From Nemertoderma westbladi (Eukaryota > Animalia > Xenacoelomorpha): a stretch of 34,772 nucleotides of DNA. The DNA lies in contig JAUCBJ010001415.1 in assembly GCA_032718475.1 (NCBI GenBank), positions 1 through 34,772 on the forward strand, read 5' to 3'. Of the stretch, positions 21,389-32,808 are shown one piece after another. The notes beneath the pieces are model-generated. The model had not been told where the DNA came from and searched no databases. It worked only from the letters and a program-made list of their open reading frames with translations. How positions within the stretch are numbered: position 1 is the first letter of the stretch; every line of letters begins with the position of its first letter. A program made the position numbers and the translations under genes.

Positions 21389-23801
21389 TATAAAAGTAAC
21401 AGCAAGCGCGATAATCTTTAGTATAAAAGTAACAGCAAGCGCGATAATCTTTAGTATAAAAGTAACAGCAAGCGCGATAATCTTTAGTATAAAAGTAACA
21501 GCAAGCGCGATAATCTTTAGTATAAAAGTAACAGCAAGCGCGATAATCTTTAGTATAAAAGTAACAGCCAGCGCGATAATCTTTAGTATAAAAAAAAGTA
21601 ACAGCAAGTGCGATAATCTTTAGTATAAAAGTAACAGCCAGCGCGATAATCTTTAGTATAAAAGTAACAGCCAGCGCGATAATCTTTAGTATAAAAGTAA
21701 CAGCAAGTGCGATAATCTTTAGTATAAAAGTAACAGCCAGCGCGATAATCTTTAGTATAAAAGTAACAGCCAGCGCGATAATCTTTAGTATAAAAGTAAC
21801 AGCAAGTGCGATAATCTTTAGTATAAAAGTAACAGCCAGCGCGATAATCTTTAGTATAAAAGTAACAGCCAGCGCGATAATCTTTAGTATAAAAGTAACA
21901 GCAAGTGCGATAATCTTTAGTATAAAAGTAACAGCAAGTGCGATAATCTTTAGTATAAAAGTAACAGCCAGCGCGATAATCTTTAGTATAAAAGTAACAG
22001 CAAGTGCGATAATCCTTAGTATAAAAGTAACAGCCAGCGCGATAATCTTTAGTATAAAAGTAACAGCAAGTGCGATAATCTTTAGTATAAAAGTAACAGC
22101 AAGTGCGATAATCTTTAGTATAAAAGTAACAGCAAGCGCGATAATCTTTAGTATAAAAGTAACAGCAAGTGCGATAATCTTTAGTATAAAAGTAACAGCA
22201 AGCGCGACTTATCTTTAGTATAAAAGTAACAGCAAGTGCGATAATCTTTAGTATAAAAGTAACAGCAAGCGCGATAATCTTTAGTATAAAAGTAACAGCA
22301 AGCGCGATAATCTTTAGTATAAAAGTAACAGCAAGTGCGATGATCTTTAGTATAAAAGTAACAGCCAGCGCGATAATCTTTAGTATAAAAGTAACAGCAA
22401 GTGCGATAATCTTTAGTATAAAAGTAACAGCAAGCGCGATAATCTTTAGTATAAAAGTAACAGCAAGTGCGATAATCTTTAGTATAAAAGTAACAGCAAG
22501 TGCGATAATCTTTAGTATAAAAGTAACAGCAAGCGCGATAATCTTTAGTATAAAAGTAACAGCAAGCGCGATAATCTTTAGTATAAAAGTAACAGCAAGT
22601 GCGATAATCTTTAGTATAAAAGTAACAGCAAGCGCGATAATCTTTAGTATAAAAGTAACAGCAAGCGCGATAATCTTTAGTATAAAAGTAACAGCAAGTG
22701 CGATAATCTTTAGTATAAAAGTAACAGCAAGCGCGATAATCTTTAGTATAAAAGTAACAGCAAGTGCGATAATCTTTAGTATAAAAGTAACAGCAAGCGC
22801 GATAATCTTTAGTATAAAAGTAACAGCAAGTGCGATAATCTTTAGTATAAAAGTAACAGCAAGCGCGATAATCTTTAGTATAAAAGTAACAGCAAGTGCG
22901 ATAATCTTTAGTATAAAAGTAACAGCAAGCGCGATAATCTTTAGTATAAAAGTAACAGCAAGTGCGATAATCTTTAGTATAAAAGTAACAGCAAGCGCGA
23001 TAATCTTTAGTATAAAAGTAACAGCAAGTGCGATAATCTTTAGTATAAAAGTAACAGCAAGTGCGATAATCTTTAGTATAAAAGTAACAGCAAGCGCGAT
23101 AATCTTTAGTATAAAAGTAACAGCAAGTGCGATAATCTTTAGTATAAAAGTAACAGCAAGCGCGACTTATCTTTAGTATAAAAGTAACAGCAAGTGCGAT
23201 AATCTTTAGTATAAAAGTAACAGCAAGCGCGATAATCTTTAGTATAAAAGTAACAGCAAGTGCGATAATCTTTAGTATAAAAGTAACAGCAAGCGCGATA
23301 ATCTTTAGTATAAAAGTAACAGCAAGTGCGATAATCTTTAGTATAAAAGTAACAGCAAGTGCGATAATCTTTAGTATAAAAGTAAAAGCAAGCGCGATAA
23401 TCTTTAGTATAAAAGTAACAGCAAGTGCGATAATCTTTAGTATAAAAGTAACAGCAAGCGCGATAATCTTTAGTATAAAAGTAACAGCAAGTGCGATAAT
23501 CTTTAGTATAAAAGTAACAGCAAGTGCGATAATCTTTAGTATAAAAGTAACAGCAAGCGCGATAATCTTTAGTATAAAAGTAACAGCAAGTGCGATAATC
23601 TTTAGTATAAAAGTAACAGCAAGCGCGATAATCTTTAGTATAATAGTAACAGCAAGTGCGATAATCTTTAGTATAAAAGTAACAGCAAGTGCGATAATCT
23701 TTAGTATAAAAGTAACAGCAAGTGCGATAGTCTTTAGTATAAAAGTAACAGCAAGTGCGATAATCTTTAGTATAAAAGTAACAGCAAGTGCGATAATCTT
23801 T
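21389..23801. repeat. 33-bp satellite, about 73 copies
   Basis: Unit tataaaagtaacagcaag(c/t)gcgataatctttag. Confidence 0.98.
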
Positions 23802-24034
23802 AACTTCATATTAATATATTAAAGTACGTAAATACAATGAAATAATATGCATAAGTTCTAAACGTTTCTATTTTTACACAAAATCATCACCAGTAATACA
23901 AAATTTGGTCCAAATGTTGCTAACTGCAAGGTTTGAATTTATAAAATTAGCGCCCAAAATTAATAATAATAATAATTAATATATTTTACAGTATTTATGC
24001 GATTTATACAGTAGCTCTGAACCGTTGTTTATAT

Positions 24035-26603
24035 CAGAGACAGAATACGATACGATACGAAAACCGATTTTTTATAAATTGCAATTATACTGTTTGGTTG
24101 AAATATCGGCAACTATAACATCCTTATCTCGGTCATCAGTAACAGATCTCATTACCCCACCCCTAAGGACATGATGATTCCCCCGGTGACCTGGGCACGT
24201 AAGTTTCTTTATGATTCCCCTGGTGACCTGGGCACGTAAGTTTCTTTATGATTCCCCCGGTGACCTGGGAACGTAAGTTTCTTTATGATTCCCCCGGTGA
24301 CCTGGGCACGTAAGTTTCTTTATGATTCCCCCGGTGACCTGGACACGTAAGTTTCTTTATGATTCCCCCGGTGACCTGGGCACGTAAGTTTCTTTATGAT
24401 TCCCCCGGTGACCTGGGCACGTAAGTTTCTTTATGATTCCCCCGGTGACCTGGGCACGTAAGTTTCTTTATGATTCCCCCGGTGACCTGGGCACGTAAGT
24501 TTCTTTATGATTCCCCCGGTGACCTGGACACGTAAGTTTCTTTATGATTCCCCCGGTGACCTGGGAACGTAAGTTTCTTTATGATTCCCCCGGTGACCTG
24601 GGCACGTAAGTTTCTTTATGATTCCCCTGGTGACCTGGGCACGTAAGTTTCTTTATGATTCCCCTGGTGACCTGGGCACGTAAGTTTCTTTATGATTCCC
24701 CCGGTGACCTGGGCACGTAAGTTTCTTTATGATTCCCCCGGTGACCTGGGCACGTAAGTTTCATTATGATTCCCCCGGTGACCTGGACACGTAAGTTTCA
24801 TTATGATTCCCCCGGTGACCTGGACGCGTAAGTTTCTTTATGATTCCCCCGGTGACCTGGACACGTAAGTTTCTTTATGATTCCCCCGGTGACCTGGGCA
24901 CGTAAGTTTCATTATGATTCCCCCGGTGACCTGGGCACGTAAGTTTCATTATGATTCCCCCGGTGACCTGGACACGTAAGTTTCTTTATGATTCCCCCGG
25001 TGACCTGGGCACGTAAGTTTCTTTATGATTCCCCCGGTGACCTGGGCGCGTAAGTTTCATTATGATTCCCCCGGTGACCTGGACACGTAAGTTTCTTTAT
25101 GATTCCCCCGGTGACCTGGGCACGTAAGTTTCTTTATGATTCCCCCGGTGACCTGGGCACGTAAGTTTCTTTATGATTCCCCCGGTGACCTGGGCAAGTA
25201 AGTTTCATTATGATTCCCCCGGTGACCTGGACACGTAAGTTTCTTTATGATTCCCCCGGTGACCTGGGCACGTAAGTTTCATTATGATTCCCCCGGTGAC
25301 CTGGACACGAAAGTTTCTTTATGATTCCCCCGGTGACCTGGGCACGTAAGTTTCTTTATGATTCCCCCGGTGACCTGGGCACGTAAGTTTCTTTATGATT
25401 CCCCCGGTGACCTGGGAACGTAAGTTTCTTTATGATTCCCCCGGTGACCTGGGCACGTAAGTTTCTTTATGATTCCCCCGGTGACCTGGGCACGTAAGTT
25501 TCTGATTCCCCCGGTGACCTGGGCACTTAAGTTTCTTTATGATTCCCCCGGTGACCTGGGCACGTAAGTTTCTTTATGAATCCCCCGGTGACCTGGGCAC
25601 GTAAGTTTCATTATGATTCCCCCGGTGACCTGGGCACGTAACTTTCCTTATGATTCCCCCGGTGACCTGGGCAGTGGGCACGTAAGTTTCTTTATGATTC
25701 CCCCGGTGACCTGGGCACGTAAGTTTCTTTATGATTTTCGTATTTCGTGTCGCAGTATTTTATTCGTATCGAATTTCGTATCGTATTATAAAAATTGACT
25801 TCGTATCTTATAATACGAAAGAATATTTTTCGTATTTCGTATCGGATTTTCGTATCTTATTATTTTGTAAATATTAATATTTTTAACAGTCAAACAGAGA
25901 CACACCATTTATTTCTTTACATGTGAATAAATGAGTTTGCAGCTTACAGTTTTATTACCCATGTCAATAAAATTGTAACAAAGGAGGATCGTTAATCGTA
26001 GAATAATGATAAAATATAATATAATTACAGTTTAAATAAACTTGAGGAGAACTCTAATTGCGCCTACTGTACATGTACAAGGCCTTGACGTTATGATAAG
26101 TCTTTCTAGTGAGAGAATAAAAAAATAATACATTTATTTTGAAATAAAACATAGTTTTATTCTAGTATTAGTTTGACTTGGAAATTGAAGTATTGCATTT
26201 TTTTCAATATTGGTAATAATGCACAGTCAACAGTCCATAAATATCGGCAGTAGGTATAGGTAAAGCTACAGTATGCTTAAAGTCAAAGTGGCATGGTAAT
26301 ATGGAAACGCCTACTATTGGGCCGTGTTGCATAACGTCCTTATGGATGTTGTAGCCAGTAGTCACACTATTGCTGTAACAGCAAGCATATTGGAGCATTG
26401 AAATTAAAAATATTTGCCTATATTAGATATTTATATGATTTTCTAAGTGTAATACAAAATCCCCTTATTTTATCAACTCTTAGATAAAATACGATACGAA
26501 AAAATACGAAATTTTTTTCGTATTTCGTATCGTATCTTGTATTTTTCGTATCGTATCGTATTTCCTCAAAATTGCATTCGTGTCGTATCGAATCCTGTCC
26601 CTG
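24035..26603. mobile_element. Non-autonomous hAT-type transposon with 8-bp TSD
   Basis: TIRs CAGAGACAGAATACGATACGATACGAA and revcomp CAGGGACAGGATTCGATACGACACGAA; exact TSD GTTTATAT at 24027-24034 and 26604-26611; many TACGA/TCGTA subterminal motifs; no transposase ORF. Confidence 0.88.
24174..25736. repeat. 37-bp satellite, about 42 copies, inside the hAT element
   Basis: Unit atgattcccccggtgacctgggcacgtaagtttcttt. Confidence 0.98.
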
Positions 26604-27011
26604 GTTTATATATTTTTGGCGCCAATTTTTATAAATTCAAACTTTGCATTTAGAAACATTTAGGCCAAGCAAAATGGTGTATTAATGATGATGATTTTGT
26701 GTAAAAATCGAAACGTTTATCTAATATAGATATTTAGCTATTTATTGTTTTTACTTTATCATATTTTTAATATGACGTTAGAAATTCATATCTGTGATTA
26801 TATTAGATCGAATTTTATTGAAATCCAGTAGTCCAGTATATTTAACTGGAATATGAAGTTGAAGTTATTGTTATCTTTAATTATTACTAGTTATACTGCC
26901 TGGCTTTATCATAACAAGAATACCCCAGCCTTTCTCTGACTAACAGACGCATAGTTTGTATTTCGCAGTTTAGATTTTTTTCCTTGTTTACGTTATCTAT
27001 TTTTGTTCTAG

Positions 27012-27060
27012 AGCAAAGATGCAGCGATTCGTACATTGGTCAATCTTGACGAGCAGGGAG
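27012..27060 (+). CDS. SNAP25: SNAP-25-family exon (49 nt) SKDAAIRTLVNLDEQG
   Basis: ttttgttctAG acceptor; GGAG|GTAAGT donor (phase 1). The peptide matches SNAP-25 SKDAGIRTLVMLDEQG, including the zero-layer Q. No following exon was recognised in the window. Confidence 0.93.
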
Positions 27061-27565
27061 GTAAGTTGTTAGATAGTTAATAACCATTAAGTAAGATATT
27101 ATTTACAACTCCTAACATTAACGTAGAGGTAGAAGGTGTGTTCAAACTAATATAATTATCGTACTTATGGTTTGTGATGTGCAAATGGACTTGTATTTTT
27201 TGAAGCGTCTTTAGATCGATTTGTTAACCCTTTTCCCGCTTTCAATTTATTTTATCTTTTCATTTATATAACAATTTTATCGTCGCCAGCCTATGTCTGG
27301 AAGGCGAAATAGTCTCCAAACGTAAATTTGAAAATTGTTGGCCTCCACCTAGGAGAATGTTAAAGGACTGCCGAAACCCTTTCGAATTAGTTTCGAATTT
27401 CGAGCCTAAAATCATAGATTTGGTAGAAAAGTGGTGGAGGAAATGTGTTTTAAAAATGAAAAATGTCATTCTGATATAATTGCCTTTAAAGTTTGGACCT
27501 TCCCGCGCAAAAACTGTCTGTTAATATGTAAGAATGTCTGCCAATATATATCTAGCAACAAGAAA

Positions 27566-27900
27566 GTCTAGGTATAGGGTTTTTCCTGGTCGCAAAATGC
27601 ATTTCGAGTGTCAGTTTTAACATTTGGTGACTTCCAAATTGATTTTTTGGCTGTCAGGCTGTTGGTTATATTTTGACGGATAGACAGACAGAAACGACAA
27701 GGCCAAATTTGAATAAAAACATCAGAAATGAAGTCACCGACCTAGAAAACCCATATTTTTTAGACAGATTCACAGATAATGTGTTTTATTGACGGACAGA
27801 CATACTGACGGACAGACCGACAGTAAAACAGACAGACAGCCATATCTCGAGAAGTAAGACTACCCAAAATACTACCCAAAGTATACCGGTATTTGTTTAC
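27566..27900. mobile_element. Degraded interspersed element with (GACA/GACG)n tracts and an imperfect inverted repeat
   Basis: About 27566-27620 vs 27714-27765 are loosely inverted; GACA-type microsatellites at about 27675 and 27790-27840, as seen in HINE-type elements. Confidence 0.35.
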
Positions 27901-29054
27901 AAGCTTTTATTAAAGCGTGTATCCACCCTCTATCATTTTGGATTCGTTGATATCGCTGGAAAGGTGGCCTAGCAAGAATTCCAAATCTATATATACAATT
28001 TCGTTGAAAAGTCTCCATCTTACGTATTGTGGATGAGTGTTCGAAAATTTTGGAACCCTATCAATATCATTAATAAACAAATTAAAATCCTGTGTTCAAT
28101 AATATTTTGTCATTTGGACATATCGAGCAGAGGAAAAAAACATGTTGGTAAATTCTATCTCTTTTCAAACACCTGTGCAACTTAACATCCCAGTAGGACC
28201 GAAATCGAAACTTATTGTTAACTTTAGTTTTTTTAACTATTAGTAACTCGGTAAATAGAAGAGAATATGGCAGACAGCTGTATACCGCGTACCAGTACAG
28301 TCCGAGTCCATGTTGTCTACAAATCTTAATGAGATTGCACGAAATTTGAAACAAAGATAGGTGATTAATGGGTGAGCCAGAATTTTTATTTTTGCTTTCA
28401 TTCTTTAGTTACAAGCGTTTAACAAAAGTGTCTCAGGCGAAATTGCACCAATTACACCGCAGTTATTCTTCTACCTTATAGCTGTCTGTTGGTACCAATG
28501 GAAAGCTGGCCATGCAAGGATTCCAAATATGTAACTTTTTTTTTTCTAATTTGTAACATATAATATAATAATCTTAAATTATAAATTAAAAAGATGTGCA
28601 TCAAAAATAACAAAGTTAATTCCGCCACCACACAAATATCATCGGACCTACCACCAAAGCACCAGAAGGATATGTTGGAGCTCAGAGGCAAGGGATCAGT
28701 ACCGATCAGGAAGGTCAGACCCCCGCAGACCGGCACCGTCCCCAAATCCGAGCGCCCTCCATGGCCGCTTACCACCACGCAGGCACAGGGAGCTCGAGCG
28801 CAGAAGCGCGAACTGTATGTTAATATCTAACACAATTGGAATTTCGTTGAAAAATAGCTGAGATATGAGCGTTCAAATGTTAAATTAGTTTTGCATCTGC
28901 GGTCTGTTTAATTCTATTGGATAGATACACCATATTCTGGTACATTCTGGTTTATATATGGATAACTACATACTAGTTAGTATTATTATAGAGGAATTGC
29001 ATTGTTGCTCAGCTATTTATGGGGTAAATATAATGTTCAAGAATGATGTAATAA

Positions 29055-30736
29055 GACTGGCGAATGGCTGACAACCCAACCTTCGTTCCTGATAACTTTA
29101 TAGAAGTAAAAGTGTCTGAGTCTGTACTCCCAGATATTCCCATTGGCGATATCTCCTTTGCAGAAGTGAAGGCTGCTGCAAAGAGCATTAAGACCAATCG
29201 CGCCAGTGGAGTAGATGGTGTTCCCCCTGAGGTCTTTAAAATACCTGAGTGTTTAAAGCTCATCTATCCCATCATAGTAGACATGTACCGAACAACGAGA
29301 GTCCCACAAGAAATGAAAACAAATGAGTTGGTGCCAGTTCCCTAGAAGGGCAACCTAACACTCTATGGTTCTTTTCGGGGAATCTCATTGATCTCGATTG
29401 CTGCAAAGCTATACAATAGAATTCTATTAAATCGCATCAGGGATCCCATTGAGAGACTGCTCCGTGGAAATCAGAATGGGTTCCGTATAGGTCGTCTGAC
29501 CATGGAGCCCATTTTGGCACTTAGAAGGATAATTGAAGAGTTATCAAAAAAGAAAGACAGGCATATGGCTGTTATCTTTGTTGACTTCTTCAAAGCCTTT
29601 GACTCAGTCTCTCGCTCACGTATGTTCAGCATACTTTCATTATATGGGATTCCTGATAAAATTATTGCAGCAATCAGATCAGTATACGATGGTTCGACAA
29701 CATTTGTGTCTACTGTTGACGGTGACACAGAACCATTTGAAGTGTTATGGGGCGTCCTCCAGGGAGACACACTTGCACCATTCTTGTTCATAATTGGTGT
29801 TGACTATGTTCTACGCATGTCCTTAGATCATCATAATGATAATGGGGTGATGATAACTCCACCTACTGGCTCCAGAAGTCGAGGAAATCCTGCCAAGTAC
29901 CTAACTGATCTAGACTTTGCTGATGACTTAGGAGTACTCTCAGAATCACTAGAGGGAGCCCAACGGCTCCTCAGCTCATTAGAACATGCTGCTTCTAGTG
30001 TTGGTCTTTTTATTAACTCCAGAAAGACCAAAATTTTGACAGTTAACTTTGAAAGTCCTCAGCAAATCTCTGATCGGATGAGCATAAGCTCAAAAGATGG
30101 TATGCTTGAGCATGTGGATGACTTCTGTTACCTGGGATCATGGATCCGGAAGTCAGGTGAGGACCTTCGAATACGTAAGGGAAAGGCATGGGCAGCCTTG
30201 AATAGGCTTTCCAGGATTTGGAAGTCACCGAGAATTAATCGGAAACTTAAGGTCCGGTTATTTAGAGCAGCAGTAGTTCCAGTACTCCTCTATGGGAGTC
30301 CATGCTGGGCTCTAACTGCTGAGGACACCAAATCTCTGGATGGCACATTCACAAGAATGCTACGCCGGGTTCATTGTGTCAAGTACAATGCACACATCTC
30401 CAACCAGACACTATATAACATTGGAGGTGTCTCATTGGTTACCCCAAGCTTGACACTAGAACAAAATCGCCTCCGCTTTGCAGGACATTGCTTTCGCCGT
30501 GAGGACCAGCCAGTGCATAATCTTGTACTTTGGCAGCCTCATGGAGTGAATAAGCATGGTGGACAGCCCATGACTTTCTTGAGATGCATCTTAAAGGACA
30601 CTGGCCTTGAAGATGCGGATGATCTAGCAAATGTCATGGGTGATAGGGAGTTGTGGCGGTGCAATTTTGTCGATAAGCCGGCACAGCATTCTTAAAAATG
30701 CAGCTGCAATGCAGCATGCCGATCCTAGTAGTAGTA
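29055..30736 (+). mobile_element. 5'-truncated RTE-type non-LTR retrotransposon (family A); RT domain with an in-frame stop
   Basis: ORFs 29064-29345 and 29388-30695 are one frame split by TAG (VPVP*KGNL). RT motifs FVDFFKAFDSV, GVLQGDTLAPFLF and LDFADDL; RTE-like C-terminus RLRFAGHCFR...LVLWQP; about 30-nt 3' UTR and (TAG)n tail; no endonuclease domain. Confidence 0.93.
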
Positions 30737-31500
30737 TCATCAACATGAGTCCTGATCTGATTTTCGGGACAATCTTGCACTCCGGCATGGGACCCCCTTT
30801 CCTACCGCGGAAGGTTTAAGGATTGTGCGGGTTTATTTACACTGCACACTACACACACACTGGGTTGAAAATCGGATTTTGAAATTTTGGATTTTGAAAA
30901 TCGTATTTGGACACATAATGGTCTCTGCATCGTCTGGTCGTGGTGTCTGGCTTACAGTCCCTGCTGAATCGCTCCGATTTTAAAACGCATCACTTTATAA
31001 TTCCTTATTATTATTGACTTGAAGTAAATAGTTATTCAATTAGGAAATGTTGGTTTGTTAAAAAATTATGAACGAATCTCAATTTCAGAATAAATATTCG
31101 TATATCATTGAATGATAAAATATACTTTATTTCCCTTAAGAATAATTGATATACGAAATGAATAATTAATGTTCGCAATTGACTGCAGCGTGTTGTACAG
31201 GGGATGGGAGGTTGGCGGAGTATTTCCCATCAAGTGGCCTGTATTCACTCGCAATTAATGTAAACTAAAAAGTGTATTTCTCTGAAAATAATTTTCCTAT
31301 TCCCCACATACAACTTCTATAACCATAGCAAACTATTATATTAGATGCGCATGGATGGCCTCCTTGCGCACTTAAACGGTCGTGTTGTGATGTGAGAAGC
31401 TTTTAATTGCCGTTTCAACTCTGTTCGGTGGCACGGTAGGATTTCTAATTTATTGGTCATTATCTTAATTTAGTGGTGCAGTTTTGTTAGGGTAAGAGGT

Positions 31501-31572
31501 GGGGTTCGTGGCACACTGCTGATGAGGAGAACCACGAATCCCAGGGTTCAGTGTTTAAATCTCCGAAACCCT
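31501..31572 (+). ncRNA. Hammerhead ribozyme candidate with rearranged (non-circularly permuted) topology
   Basis: CTGATGA 31519-31525; stem II GGAGA 31526-30 / TCTCC 31560-64; GAAA 31565-68; stem III ACCCT 31568-72 / AGGGT 31543-47; GTT triplet 31546-48; stem I CAGTGT 31549-54 / ACACTG 31513-18; extra helix GGGGTTCGTGG 31501-11 / CCACGAATCCC 31532-42. Confidence 0.75.
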
Positions 31573-31885
31573 TTTATTTTTATAAAATTTATTACTTATA
31601 CTTACCTTTTTCGGCGGACAAAATGTCCTATATTTTTCGTAATTTATGGGATAGCCTATTTCGTGCAATACTTACCGGAACCTGTAGTTACTGTATGGTT
31701 TGGTGCAATTTTTCTTGTGGTAGTTGGGTTGGGTTATGTAGCACTAAAATCGATTTGGTATTTTGTTTTTTGATGGGCCTAGTGCCTGAGTACTAACAGT
31801 GGCCCAAGTGGCCCTAAATGCTAGGTAGTATCTGAGGAATAGACCCCATGTCCATTTTATTGTTTTAATATTAATTGCCGTTGGC

Positions 31886-32090
31886 CTTTTATGTGGGGCG
31901 AGCCACGAAAGTAAGCGAGCTTAGCATACGGGTACCACTAACTCAATCGTTGTGTCTGTCGTTCTGTTGTGTTCAATTTTAAACGTTAATAACTCAGCCA
32001 AATGTTAATGAAATCTATCCAAACTTGGTACACATGTTAGTCTGGCAAAAGTTTAGAAATTATCCACGTTGAATTTCCGCGTGGCCTTCG
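31886..32090 (+). mobile_element. Interspersed repeat, Helentron/HINE-like candidate (copy 2)
   Basis: Direct similarity to 9893-10030; 3' boundary uncertain. Confidence 0.5.
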
Positions 32091-32777
32091 AGAAGCTAAG
32101 ATAATAGCAGTTAATTAGGTAATTAAGTTGATTACGGTAAAAACTGCATTTTCAACCTGCCTCTTAAAGGATATTAATTATGTTCTAGTATAAGATTTAA
32201 ATAATTATACTTAACAATTATACAGCTGTATTCTCCCTACCCCAATACAGTCCATTATAGTTTTTAATTAGTTCAAGTGATTTGCTTTAAGTAATGTGTT
32301 TTTAATTGATCTAAACGTAATTAACTTATTAAAATGCCCCGTCTCCAGCTAGCTATAGCTCCCTCCTTCGTTGGCATGCCTAGCCTACCTTGGAAGGGGA
32401 ACCAGTCCAACCAGACCTCACCTCTACTCAAAGGCGAGGCAGCATTGTAATGAGTCCGACTAATAAGCCAGCTTGTTATAGTGTTTAGCTTACAAAATGA
32501 TTGGCCGAGGACTGTAATAATCATGATTCTTCAGATAAGTTATTGATTTCTTTGTTGGTTAATTAAATTAATTAAATAATATGCTATCTTTAATATTTTT
32601 GCTAGAAATTTGTGCTGTTTGTATATTTGTGAATCGCTTCCAGTTGTATTTTGGGTTATATTAAAAATAAATATAATATATTACTTTAAAAAAAAATTTT
32701 TTATGTTAATACCTCTACCTTTCGTCAATCCTGTATGCGCATTTGGGTTGGGGTGGTGCAGATTAAGAGGAAGGTTC

Positions 32778-32808
<31 letters not shown>

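Larger units (their letters stand above)
23800..26780. mobile_element. Older hairpin-like inverted-repeat element interrupted by the hAT element
   Basis: About 23800-23962 and 26612-26780 are diverged reverse complements (e.g. aaacgtttc.atttttacacaaaatcatca and gtttgaatttataaaa); spacer about 70 bp once the hAT is removed. Confidence 0.7.

Noticed and set aside
21356-23809. Long repetitive ORFs (LKIIALAVTFI / ACCYFYTKDYR)
   Set aside because: Translations of the 33-bp satellite; the frame switches at an indel without any sign of constraint.
24095-24170. Second hammerhead on the minus strand (GGTGGGGT...CTGATGA)
   Set aside because: No G10.1-C11.1 stem II, no correctly placed GAAA and no convincing stem I.
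24174-25736. 37-bp repeats as a CRISPR array
   Set aside because: Units are contiguous with no unique spacers, there are no cas genes, and the context is eukaryotic.
28610-28820. GC-rich patch upstream of the RTE as an HDV-like ribozyme or RTE 5' UTR
   Set aside because: Could not assemble the nested double pseudoknot, and the RTE is truncated inside its ORF.
31489-31572. Conventional type III hammerhead using the upstream AGGGTA (31489-31494) as cleavage strand
   Set aside because: It can form stem III, but the following bases (AGAGG) do not pair with ACACTG, so no stem I forms; the internal AGGGTT-CAGTGT supplies both stems.
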